NCBI GenBank assembly: GCA_019057815.1
Contig: JAHLWR010000002.1
Coordinates: forward strand, 64,001-128,000
DNA: 64,000 nucleotides
Reading direction: 5' to 3'
Source: Candidatus Heimdallarchaeota archaeon
GTDB taxonomy: Archaea; Asgardarchaeota; Heimdallarchaeia; Heimdallarchaeales; Heimdallarchaeaceae
Both the position numbers and the translations under genes were made by a program. The notes under the pieces are model-generated. The model saw only the letters and a program-made list of their open reading frames with translations, was not told the origin of the DNA and ran no database searches. This document shows positions 29,361 through 38,825 of this stretch, piece by piece; position 1 is the stretch's first letter, and each line of letters begins with the position of its first letter.

Positions 29361-30160
29361 AAATTGTAGTATTAGTGAAACAAGTTCCTGAAGCTGATAA
29401 AGTAGCTGTCGACCCTGAAACAGGCACTTTAATTCGAGAGGGTATCACTTCTATACTCAATCCTTACTGTGAATACGCACTGGATGAAGCTGTAAAGCTT
29501 AAAAATACTCATCCTGAAGAAAATATTGAAATTATTACTATAAGTATGGGACCTCCTCAAACTAAGATGGCTCTACTTAGATGTTTAGAATTAGGCGCGG
29601 ATAAAGCATACCTTCTATCAGATCGGAAATTTGCTGGTTCTGATGTGTGGGCTACTTCAACAGCATTAAAAGAGGGAGTTGTAAATCTTGAACCCGAATT
29701 TGATTTGATCTTAGCAGGTAAACAAGCTATAGACGGTGATACAGCTCAAGTCCCAGCAGAGATAGCTGAACAACTTGGAGTTCCTCAGATAACTTATGGT
29801 GTGAAAGTTCAAATTGTTGATAAAAAAGTAGAAGTGAAACGAGAAATTGAAACTGGTTATCAGATCGTATCAGCGAGAATGCCAGCTCTTGTAACAATGA
29901 GTAAAGGCTCCAATATACGACGAATTCCTTCGATGAAAGAGGTTTTAAACGCCAGAAAGAAACCATTGGAAGTTCTAACAGCAGATGATATTGGTATTGA
30001 CGAAAATAAAGTAGGATTAAAAGCTTCACCAACTCAAGTAGCGAGAATTTTTGCTCCACCTGAAAAGGTTGGTGGAGAAATAATTGATGGAAGTGACCAT
30101 ATTGTAGCTGCTAAAAATCTTCTCGAATTTCTGATCGTGAATAATTATATTAAGGAGTGA
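29351..30160 (+). CDS. etfB: Electron transfer flavoprotein beta subunit
   Basis: VKQVP, NPYCEYALDEA, SMGPP, DRKFAGSD, GKQAIDGDTAQV, SPTQV. Confidence 0.95.
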   Translation: MYMKIVVLVKQVPEADKVAVDPETGTLIREGITSILNPYCEYALDEAVKLKNTHPEENIEIITISMGPPQTKMALLRCLELGADKAYLLSDRKFAGSDVWATSTALKEGVVNLEPEFDLILAGKQAIDGDTAQVPAEIAEQLGVPQITYGVKVQIVDKKVEVKREIETGYQIVSARMPALVTMSKGSNIRRIPSMKEVLNARKKPLEVLTADDIGIDENKVGLKASPTQVARIFAPPEKVGGEIIDGSDHIVAAKNLLEFLIVNNYIKE

Positions 30161-31389
30161 ATAAAATGTTGAAAGTAGATTATGAAGCTTGTACAGGATG
30201 TAAAGTCTGTGAAAAAGTTTGCCCTTTTGCTGCTATTATAGTTGTTCCTGAAACTAAGAAAGCAAAAGTGTTGGACACTTGCACTCTCTGTGGAACTTGT
30301 GTTAATGCGTGTAAATTTGAAGCTTTAAGTATAGAAAGGAGAGCTATATCTGAAGAAGAATTAGCAAAGTTTTCGGGTGTTTTCGTTTGGGGAGAATGGG
30401 AGAAAAAAGAAGATAGTAATAAAATCAAAAGAGTTGTCCTTGAACTTTTAGGTAAAGGAAGAGAACTTGCAGAAAAATTGGGTGAAACACTTTCTGTTAT
30501 CTTACCAGGTTACAACGTTGAACATTTAATTCCTGAGTTATTCCACCATGGAGCAGATAAAGTCTATCTTTGTGACCATGTACTTCTGGAGCAATATACA
30601 ACCGATGGTTATGCAACAACAATTTCCAGCGTTATAGCCACAGAAAAACCCTCAATTGTTCTTTATGGTGCAACACCAAATGGAAGAGATTTAGCTCCAA
30701 GAATAGCAGCTAGACTAGCTTTAGGTTTAACAGCTGATTGTACTGGTTTAGATATTAACGAATCTCGCCAATTACTTCAAACAAGACCAGCTTTTGGAGG
30801 AAATATCATGGCATCAATTCTATCACCATATACTCGACCCCAAATGTCTTCAGTTCGACCTAATGTATTTTCTAAATCAAATCCTGATTCTTCTCGTACA
30901 GGAGATATTGTAAGAGTGAACGTAAATTTAAATCGTATTACTATAAGAACGAAAATAGTTGAAGAAATAGTTTCTCAGGATGATTCAATAAATATTGAAG
31001 AAGCTAAAGTACTTGTATCTGCTGGTAAAGGTATTGGAGACAAAGAAAACCTAAAGTTAATTGAGGAATTAGCTCAAGAACTTAATGGAACAGTATCTGG
31101 ATCGCGAGCGTTAGTGGATTTAGGATGGATTCCACACCCTCAACAAGTGGGGCAATCAGGAAAGACAGTTGCACCAACTCTGTATCTAGCTCTTGGAATT
31201 TCAGGTGCTATTCAACATCTTGTAGGAATGAGTGCTTCTGATACTATAATATCAATAAATAACGACCCAGAAGCAGCAATTTTTAAAGTGTCAGACTTTG
31301 GAATTGTGGGAAACATGTTTGATATTGTACCTGAGTTCATTAAACAATTAAAAGAGTACAAACGAGTACAAACGGAAAAACCTGGATAA
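30157..31389 (+). CDS. etfA: Electron transfer flavoprotein alpha subunit with N-terminal 2x[4Fe-4S] domain
   Basis: CTGCKVCEKVCP and CTLCGTCVNAC; GLTADCT, TRPAFGGN, QVGQSGKTV, GISGAIQH. Confidence 0.95.
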   Translation: MNKMLKVDYEACTGCKVCEKVCPFAAIIVVPETKKAKVLDTCTLCGTCVNACKFEALSIERRAISEEELAKFSGVFVWGEWEKKEDSNKIKRVVLELLGKGRELAEKLGETLSVILPGYNVEHLIPELFHHGADKVYLCDHVLLEQYTTDGYATTISSVIATEKPSIVLYGATPNGRDLAPRIAARLALGLTADCTGLDINESRQLLQTRPAFGGNIMASILSPYTRPQMSSVRPNVFSKSNPDSSRTGDIVRVNVNLNRITIRTKIVEEIVSQDDSINIEEAKVLVSAGKGIGDKENLKLIEELAQELNGTVSGSRALVDLGWIPHPQQVGQSGKTVAPTLYLALGISGAIQHLVGMSASDTIISINNDPEAAIFKVSDFGIVGNMFDIVPEFIKQLKEYKRVQTEKPG

Positions 31390-31418
31390 ATAGATACCAG
31401 AAAGAAGACAAGTTAAAA

Positions 31419-31889
31419 TTAGAGAGTTATGCCTTCAGTATTTACCGAGGCTACACCATCGATACGCTCTATTTCATTTTTAATGGTATCAATAGAGACA
31501 TCCTGTAATTCTTTTGTATCGATATAACCTTCATAAACACAACTATTTTGGGTAAAACATAAACCCGTACTATAGAGAGTATTTACTCCAAAGTCGGAGA
31601 AAATTGTTCCCATTCTACGTAGAAAATCTGGTGAAAGTTTTTCAATATTTATATTGAATTTGACTACTTCTTGACTTTCAGTTGGTATAATTCTTATTGT
31701 TCTAGTATTTGGGGCAAGAATGATCACTGCTTGTTCAGATTTACTTGGTTTTATAGCGTCTATAAATTCTTTAGGTAATCCAAATTCTTTATCAGTATCC
31801 AATTTTGTTACTTTTGCGATGGTTACGCTGGGATATTCACTCATTTTGTTTTTCTCCTTATGATAATAATGAACAAAATCATCTAACAC
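31419..31889 (-). CDS. Hypothetical protein, possibly AbrB-like N-terminus plus ACT-like C-terminus (likely start ATG at 31844)
   Basis: AGGAG SD before MSEYP; beta/alpha pattern only. Confidence 0.55.
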   Translation of the reverse strand: MLDDFVHYYHKEKNKMSEYPSVTIAKVTKLDTDKEFGLPKEFIDAIKPSKSEQAVIILAPNTRTIRIIPTESQEVVKFNINIEKLSPDFLRRMGTIFSDFGVNTLYSTGLCFTQNSCVYEGYIDTKELQDVSIDTIKNEIERIDGVASVNTEGITL

Positions 31890-32062
31890 TTTTAATTTGA
31901 CATAATAGTTTAAAGCGTACCCATAAAAAAACTTTGTTCAATTATAGAGAGTCAACCTGAATTTCAAATAGAAAGTACTTTTCTTTGTAATATTCTCTGA
32001 TATGCAACATTTTCACTTTCTCATTACAAAAACAACTTAAATGAATAAAAAAATCTGTTCTT

Positions 32063-32722
32063 GTGTTTCGTAGTAGATTAGCTATCAGTTCAAAAGATTA
32101 TTATTCATGCGAGATAACAAAAAGGATCCCAGTTAGAGTTTCAATTTTAGCAGTAAACGGAGCAGAGGGAATGGCTGTATATCAAGCGTTGGATAATAAT
32201 GAAAATTCACTTGAACAATATGTCAAAGAGATGGAACAATCAGAACAAATTGTAGATATTAAAATAACTCAAAAATCTTCAACAGATTATTGGACACGTG
32301 TTCAACACAAACTTGATTATCCCTCAATCTATGAAACGATTCTTGAAAGTGGGAGTATGACTATTTTACCAATTATTATTGAAAATGGCGTTCAATACCA
32401 CGATATACTGTCTCCTACACCAGATTCTTTACGACATTTACTAGTGAAATTAAAGAAACGATTTTCATCAATTAAAATCAAATCACTCTCATCAGAGCTG
32501 ACAGAATTAACAGCGAATATTTCTAATTTTCTTACAAAAAAGCAGTTAGAAGTAATAAAAATAACATATAGAAATGGTTACTATGACATTCCACGAAAAA
32601 GTACTCTTGAAGAGCTATCAAAAAAAATTGGTATAAAACGTGTTGCCTTTCAAGAAAGACTAAGAAGAGCAGAAAAAAGAATTATTGAACATTATATGGA
32701 AAATTATCAGTTTAATTATTGA
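32063..32722 (+). CDS. HTH-10 (bacterio-opsin activator type) transcriptional regulator
   Basis: C-terminal LTKKQ...GYYDIPRKSTLEELS...ERLRRAEKRII. Confidence 0.9.
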   Translation: MFRSRLAISSKDYYSCEITKRIPVRVSILAVNGAEGMAVYQALDNNENSLEQYVKEMEQSEQIVDIKITQKSSTDYWTRVQHKLDYPSIYETILESGSMTILPIIIENGVQYHDILSPTPDSLRHLLVKLKKRFSSIKIKSLSSELTELTANISNFLTKKQLEVIKITYRNGYYDIPRKSTLEELSKKIGIKRVAFQERLRRAEKRIIEHYMENYQFNY

Positions 32723-33662
32723 TACTCATAACTTCTTCTTTTTTCGGTTTTGTTCGTAATATTTGGACTAATAAAGCGGAAATTCCCAGAATAACTAAAC
32801 CAACCCATTCAAGTGGTTTTGGCCTTTCACCAAGGAAAATCACTGCGAGAAAAGTGATCTGAATTAACATTGTATTATTAATAATAGTTATCTCAAGGGC
32901 TCTTAATTTTTGCATTACTTTATTCCATAGAGTAAAAGCGATGGCAGTATTTACTATACTTAACCAGAGGATGTAGACAATGGCAGTAATAGATATCGTA
33001 GGAATGCCTTCTATTATTAATCCAGTTATCAACAGCACTATAGATCCTATAAACATGCTAATTGCAGTTACAATAAGTGGAGAGGCCGTTTTAGATTTGT
33101 TAATATTCCTTCCAAATATAGCAGACACAGAGTTAGTAACAACCCCAAAACCAACTACTAAAAGACCAATAAGCGTGGTATTTGAATAATTAATATCCAT
33201 CAAGGGGATGAAATATACTAGTGTACCAGTGAGAGCTAATAGGATAAAAAATAGCTGCAAAGCGTTAGGTCTTTCTTTAATTAAAAGAATACCAAGAATC
33301 ATAGCAATTATTGGAGTAAAACTTAGAAGTAAACTAACTGTAATAGCAGGTAGATACAAAAGTCCAAAATATTGAGTTCCTTGAGTAAGAGTGAAGAAAA
33401 TTATTCCATATCCAGCTAATTTACCCCACCAATTTAAGGGCAAATTCCTTATAGCTGATCTATTTTGAGACGAACATAGAACTACTAATACGAGAATTGT
33501 AGCAGCAAGTACGTACCTAATGCCTGCAAAGGTTAAGGGGGGAAGATTTTCTTTTTCCAGCCCAAATTTGATTAATAGCCACGAAGAAGACCATAGTATT
33601 GTGACAAAGAATGCTAATAAAATGTAAAAGCTACGATGCTGGAATAGCTGTTTGTAGTTCAT
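32712..33662 (-). CDS. EamA/DMT family transporter
   Basis: LWSSSW, about 10 TM, two KERP/GERP repeats. Confidence 0.9.
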   Translation of the reverse strand: MNYKQLFQHRSFYILLAFFVTILWSSSWLLIKFGLEKENLPPLTFAGIRYVLAATILVLVVLCSSQNRSAIRNLPLNWWGKLAGYGIIFFTLTQGTQYFGLLYLPAITVSLLLSFTPIIAMILGILLIKERPNALQLFFILLALTGTLVYFIPLMDINYSNTTLIGLLVVGFGVVTNSVSAIFGRNINKSKTASPLIVTAISMFIGSIVLLITGLIIEGIPTISITAIVYILWLSIVNTAIAFTLWNKVMQKLRALEITIINNTMLIQITFLAVIFLGERPKPLEWVGLVILGISALLVQILRTKPKKEEVMSINN

Positions 33663-33895
33663 TATGCTTAACCTAAGCCACGTTTTTTTGGTATGCTATG
33701 TGAACATCCATCCATTCTAACATTCTCTCTGAAAATAAAAGAACTTTCACATGTCCTATGACGGAGATTTTTATATCAACCATAGAATTTGAAGTTAATG
33801 AAATGAGTGATGAGCAACAAACGGTGTGAAGAACAACCATCTTCTGTTGGATAAATGTAAAAAAGAAGGGAAGAGTAAAGAAGTACTTCTTATAT

Positions 33896-34314
33896 CTAAG
33901 GAATATATTTTAGGTTATCTAGGTATTCTATAACTCCAGGTGGACCTCTTCTTATTCCATATGCTCTAAAGGATTTGACAGTCTTAGATATAAGCTCTAT
34001 ATCTACATCGTCAGCTATTTTCACCATACCCATGGCAAAAATTTTGATCTTACGACCTTCTTTAAGAGCTTTTTCAAATACTTCTCTGGATAGAATAAAA
34101 GCTCCAATTCCTACAAAATAGCTTCTATCTTTCGCGTGTTCTTCTGTTAATGCCTTAAAAATAGAGTCATTTTTACCTATCTGCTCTTAGCAGCTATTCG
34201 AAGAAATTCCGCTCTTGAATTATAAAAACCCTGGGAAACTAAAAAATCCATCTTTCCCAAATCAACTACAGGTAAATTCACGGTTATTTTCTCGTAGTTC
34301 TTGTCAGTTGTCAT
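33896..34314 (-). pseudogene. CopG/ribbon-helix-helix regulator with a single-base frameshift near 34187
   Basis: MTTDKNYEKITVNLPVVDLGKMDFLVSQGFYNSRAEFLRIAA, then continues in another frame ...GMVKIADDVDIELISKTV...YIP*; span 419 nt (3n-1). Confidence 0.75.
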
Positions 34315-34351
34315 TTTTTCACTCTTTTCTTTTGCATTTATTTTTCTCACA

Positions 34352-34418
34352 CCATCTTGTGACCATCTTTAGGGATGGGCAATCTATACAACATCCACGT
34401 GGATGGACATATATAAAT
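34352..34418. promoter_or_regulatory. CCATC/GATGG box cluster and palindrome in the RHH gene promoter
   Basis: CCATC at 34352 and 34363, GATGG at 34374 and 34402, palindrome CATCCACGTGGATG (34392-34405), minus-strand TATA at about 34409-34418. Confidence 0.55.
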
Positions 34419-34612
34419 ATACTCACTTAACACACAGTAACTCAAGAGCTGGAGCGGGTTTATGAAATTAAAGATTTAAACAATTAAGTAGATACTTGTT
34501 TGTATCACATACGTTTTACCATTATACTCGTTTAATCGAATAACCTATATGATTACTCTAAAAAATTGAAAGGTAAGTCTTTTATTTAAGTTGTTAGAAT
34601 AAGTATATACGA

Positions 34613-35551
34613 ATGCAAGAAGACATGGAGGTGGTTCTGGAACGACAAACTGTTCTAGGGAAATTCCTTGACAGGTTAAACTATCGTCCTCTTCGCTATG
34701 TATACACCTTAATGAACGGTCTTTTGTCGGTTATTGATAGTTTTCTCAGTTCAGATGAAGACTGTATGTCCTCTTTACGCGCATCTCTTCTTTCTTACAT
34801 TTCTTTCTTAGCTAGAACGTTTTATCAGAGTTCTCTAGTCGACAATCTCCGGTCAGGAGGGAAGACATCTCAACAATTTAAGGATCAAGTAGAAAGAGCT
34901 TACATGAAGGGGTTAAGTGAAAGAGAACAGATTATTCAAAAGATTGAAATCACAATTTCAAAGGCTGAGACTTTATTCAGGTTAAAAGAGGATCTTAATA
35001 GTAAATGGCAAGAAATTTACTATCGCACCTCGGTTGAATCATCTGCTGAGCAAAATATCAGAAACAACATCTCCTTGGTAATTGAGAAGCAAGATGAATA
35101 TGCTTCTTTCCACAGCCCAACTTTGGCAGATCAAGATTCTTTTAAAACTCAAAAAGAATCAATTAGACAGATCTCTGATCTTTCTTTTCAAGCTGTTGAT
35201 TTTGGGGATAAAGCCCAGATGACGATTCATGAACTATTGGATCTTAGTATTAACCCATTGGCTTCAATTGCAGAAGATGAAGTTTTAAGCGCTGAAAAAA
35301 TACTTATGCAAATAGAATCAGATTCTAAGAAGAAAAATAAAAAACTAAATGAAGATGAAATTGGAAAATTATGCGATGTCTTATCTTGGGGATTAGATGA
35401 TATTACTAATTTTGATGAATTAATCAAGCTTGGTAAAGAATTGAGGAATGAATTTGCTTCAATCTTGTCAGATTTCCTTGTAAACCTAGTTGATATTGAC
35501 TTAGGGATTCAAGAGCTCGAATCATACATCTTGGAATCATCAGAGCGCTAG
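34613..35551 (+). CDS. Hypothetical alpha-helical/coiled-coil protein
   Basis: 312-aa ORF with heptad-like Leu/Glu/Ser composition. Confidence 0.65.
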   Translation: MQEDMEVVLERQTVLGKFLDRLNYRPLRYVYTLMNGLLSVIDSFLSSDEDCMSSLRASLLSYISFLARTFYQSSLVDNLRSGGKTSQQFKDQVERAYMKGLSEREQIIQKIEITISKAETLFRLKEDLNSKWQEIYYRTSVESSAEQNIRNNISLVIEKQDEYASFHSPTLADQDSFKTQKESIRQISDLSFQAVDFGDKAQMTIHELLDLSINPLASIAEDEVLSAEKILMQIESDSKKKNKKLNEDEIGKLCDVLSWGLDDITNFDELIKLGKELRNEFASILSDFLVNLVDIDLGIQELESYILESSER

Positions 35552-35628
35552 AACAAATCTTTCGCAGTAACGTTGAAGAAAAACTATGTTTTCAAAGAAG
35601 AATTTTTATAAGTGCAGGAAGTGTTTAT

Positions 35629-36138
35629 TTGATGAGTTATGAATTATTTTTATCTAGGGATTATCTTATTTTTTCTAGTGCTCATTTTGTAATTGGAGAG
35701 AACTTCTTTGAGCCACTCCACGGACACAATTATAAATTACAAATCAACATTTATGGTCAACAAGGTTTAGACAACATGGTTATTAATTTCTTATCCATTA
35801 AGAAGATTCTAGCTCCTTTAATAGATTCATTGGACCATCGAGTTTTGATAGCCACAGAAAATAAACATATAGAGATACTTGAAAAAGGAGAGCAAGTTAT
35901 CATTAATATTTCACGCCTTAAGAAAGAATACGAGTTTCCCCGTTCTGATGTAGCATTGTTACCAATCGAAAATACGACTGTTGAAGAAATGAGTCACCAT
36001 TTTGTTAATGAACTTATTAACAATGACGAGTTAAAACAAGAGAACATCAAAAGGATTACAGTTACTCTTTATGAATATGAAGGCCAAGGTGTAACTGTTG
36101 AACTACTCCACGATTGGAAAAAACACTTACAAAGTTAA
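35629..36138 (+). CDS. 6-pyruvoyl-tetrahydropterin synthase family protein, PTPS-III-type motif
   Basis: FSSAHF, EPLHGHNY (ExxHGH, no Cys), LDHRVL, TTVEEMS. Confidence 0.85.
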   Translation: MMSYELFLSRDYLIFSSAHFVIGENFFEPLHGHNYKLQINIYGQQGLDNMVINFLSIKKILAPLIDSLDHRVLIATENKHIEILEKGEQVIINISRLKKEYEFPRSDVALLPIENTTVEEMSHHFVNELINNDELKQENIKRITVTLYEYEGQGVTVELLHDWKKHLQS

Positions 36139-36887
36139 AGATAGTTTATCTTACACCCATTATGAGTACACCAATTTATTACTGATTTTGCGATAACAAA
36201 CTTTTTCAATTTTCGATCTTTCTGTTGGCGTGTTAGTTTTTTTACTTTAGAATATTTTCCAATCTTATCTCCAAAATCAAAACCCACTAATACAGTTTTT
36301 CCTGCTTTTCCCCAAGTAGATAAGCATACTCCACGATCTCCATCAGTGAAACCGAGGAAATTGTAAGAACCATTGATTGGGTTAAGCTGAGTAGTTATTG
36401 CCAGTCTTCCTTTGCAAAGTTGACTTATTACTCCTTCAACAGTCAAGGTATTATGGCTATGAATATGCACAAGCAATATAGATCCTTGTTTTTGAGCGAT
36501 GATTTGCTCATTCACTTGACCATCAAGATCAGAAACCACTATATCAGGGATAATGTTTTGTGCTAACAAAAATGAAGTTGCTCCATCTGCACTTATAAGA
36601 ACATTATCGGAGTTAGATGAGAGGTCTAGCGAATGAAACTGTTCTTCTAGACTAGGTCCTGGAGCAAAAACATATACTTCTTTCTCAAATAATATCTTTT
36701 GGAGCTCTTCTATGTTGATGTTACTTTTACATTTGGCGATGATATTTCTCAAAGCCTTTTCATCTTCTTCAGGAATTATGTCAAGAAAATCGCAAATAAG
36801 AGGATACCAATTCTGTAACCAAACTTTCTCTGAAAATTCTAACTTTTCCAGGATGTGAAAGGGAGATTCAGATGTTTCAAATATCAT
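36135..36887 (-). CDS. mptE: 6-hydroxymethyl-7,8-dihydropterin pyrophosphokinase (DUF115)
   Basis: APGPSL, SADGAT, PDIVVSDLDG, NFLGFTDGDRG, LVGFDF, KLKKF. Confidence 0.88.
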   Translation of the reverse strand: MIFETSESPFHILEKLEFSEKVWLQNWYPLICDFLDIIPEEDEKALRNIIAKCKSNINIEELQKILFEKEVYVFAPGPSLEEQFHSLDLSSNSDNVLISADGATSFLLAQNIIPDIVVSDLDGQVNEQIIAQKQGSILLVHIHSHNTLTVEGVISQLCKGRLAITTQLNPINGSYNFLGFTDGDRGVCLSTWGKAGKTVLVGFDFGDKIGKYSKVKKLTRQQKDRKLKKFVIAKSVINWCTHNGCKINYL

Positions 36888-38658
36888 TGTCTATCAGCTC
36901 CTCAATTGTTAGTGACCGCTGGCTATGGAGTTTTGTCATTGCGGTCTCGTACCTATTTTCAATGTCTCTGAAAGTGACAAATCCAAGCATCTTGGTTGGA
37001 TTATCAATATCGACAACAGGCATACATTCAATCCTATTGTCGGTTAGTTTATCAAATGCTGAAGACAGAGTATCATCAGGATAAGCAACAATCACATCCT
37101 TTGACATTACATTCCTGACATATTTATGACCCTTGGCAAAACCTTGTTGGAAGTCTATAGCACTTATAATTCCTATTAATTCTTTATTATCATCCAAGAC
37201 AACAAGAGCACTTTTCTTGTGAAGATATAAAAGAGCGAAACAATCAGTCAGCTTCTCGTTTTCTTTTACTGTGGGGAAGTCTGTTTCCATTGCTTCGCGG
37301 ACTTTTAAGGAAGATAAAATATCCGTATATTGGATTCTTCTCCGTAAAATGACCTCCTTACTTTCAATTTGACCAGTGTATAGACTAAAGTCCATTGAAA
37401 TTATAAACGCAGCAGCGTTGGATAGTATCATTGGTATAATTAGATTTGGGAATCCAACCATTTCAAGCACTAGAATCATTGAAGCTATTGGGGTTTTAGT
37501 GGTAGCAGCATGCATAGCAGACATCCCAATTACAATAACAACAAGAGGATTCAAACTAGGAAAAAGACGAGAATAGAGAGCGCCCATTGCTGCTCCAGTA
37601 ACAAGTGAAGGACCCATCACACCTCCTGAAGCTCCTAAACCCACACATGTTGATGTTACTACAATCTTTCCTAAAAATAATATAAATAACACTCGTAAAC
37701 CAATAGAGGCATAATTTTCCATTAGATGATTTATAGAAAAGAAACCCGTTCCACCTAGTGAAATTCCCTCGGGAAGAGCAAGTTCAATTACAAATACTAA
37801 CAAAGCAGTAATAATCATTCCAACAAATGGTAAAAGAAAAGGCTTGAGTATTTTCTCAATGTTTCTCGAAAGAAGCTTATATAATAAGGAGAATAGAATA
37901 CCAAAAATTCCTGCAAAAACACCTAAAAGAACAAATAACGAAGCATCAACGAATGTTAAAGAAGAAGAGATTACATCAACTTCTAGATAAGTAGGATGGG
38001 AATTTAAAAACGTAAGAATGGCTTGAGAAACCAATAAAGAAATTGCACTGGCAACTAATGCAGGAAGAAAGACTGTTTCATCGAGATCGTGTTTATACGG
38101 AACCTCTGATGCAAAGACAGTACCACCTAAAGGCGCTCTAAATACAGCAGCAGTGCAAGCAGCTGCTCCAATAGTTATAGCGTGTCCTTGATCTTCTTTT
38201 GTCATTTTTAGTTTGTCCCCTAAAGAGTAAGCAACCGAACTTCCTATAGTAACAGCTGGCCCTTCTCTTCCAGCAGGTGCATTAACCCCTAGAGTCAAAA
38301 GACTCGCAAAGAATTTGGTAAAAATGGTTCTTGATGGTATTGGAGTTGTTGTGTTTTTATGCGTTAAAACATATGAAATGCCTGCACCTTTTACCTCTTT
38401 GAACCCAAAATACAACAAAAGAGAAGTGATACCTCCCACAATTGGGAATAGAGCATAATAATAATTAATTTTATCGACCAGATCCCATAATTGAACAATA
38501 GAAGCTATAAAAAGACCCATTAGGACGCCGCTAATTAAACCTATAACGATAGAAAAAGGGAACCATTTTCTTGAATATTTCCAGTATTTCTTAAGTTGGA
38601 ATCTTAGTTGAACTTTGAAAGATTTACTAGGTTTTTCTGTGTCTTCCAGCTCTTTCAC
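36877..38658 (-). CDS. ClC chloride channel/antiporter with two CBS domains
   Basis: GREGP, AAVFRAPLGG..F..E, SGGVMGP; C-terminal CBS pair. Confidence 0.92.
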   Translation of the reverse strand: MKELEDTEKPSKSFKVQLRFQLKKYWKYSRKWFPFSIVIGLISGVLMGLFIASIVQLWDLVDKINYYYALFPIVGGITSLLLYFGFKEVKGAGISYVLTHKNTTTPIPSRTIFTKFFASLLTLGVNAPAGREGPAVTIGSSVAYSLGDKLKMTKEDQGHAITIGAAACTAAVFRAPLGGTVFASEVPYKHDLDETVFLPALVASAISLLVSQAILTFLNSHPTYLEVDVISSSLTFVDASLFVLLGVFAGIFGILFSLLYKLLSRNIEKILKPFLLPFVGMIITALLVFVIELALPEGISLGGTGFFSINHLMENYASIGLRVLFILFLGKIVVTSTCVGLGASGGVMGPSLVTGAAMGALYSRLFPSLNPLVVIVIGMSAMHAATTKTPIASMILVLEMVGFPNLIIPMILSNAAAFIISMDFSLYTGQIESKEVILRRRIQYTDILSSLKVREAMETDFPTVKENEKLTDCFALLYLHKKSALVVLDDNKELIGIISAIDFQQGFAKGHKYVRNVMSKDVIVAYPDDTLSSAFDKLTDNRIECMPVVDIDNPTKMLGFVTFRDIENRYETAMTKLHSQRSLTIEELIDNDI

Positions 38659-38825
38659 ATGATTGAAAGTCTATAGCTGATATTAAACTTTCTTGAAAAA
38701 TTTTATTTCAGAACATTTTATCTTTTTTTTCTTATCCAGAGATTTATAAATTTCTCTGTTTTACTGTTTACAGAGAAAAAATAATTCAGAGACTGTAGAG
38801 TCTTCTGAATGTTTTCATCAAAAGC

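Noticed and set aside
33798-33915. Possible C/D box sRNA (GTGATGA) or selenoprotein (MSDEQQTV-TGA) behind a TATA box
   Set aside because: No canonical CTGA D box, no recognisable SECIS, and the read-through product resembles nothing; probably a gene remnant
34215-34430. 71-aa plus-strand ORF
   Set aside because: Antisense to the frameshifted RHH gene and its promoter
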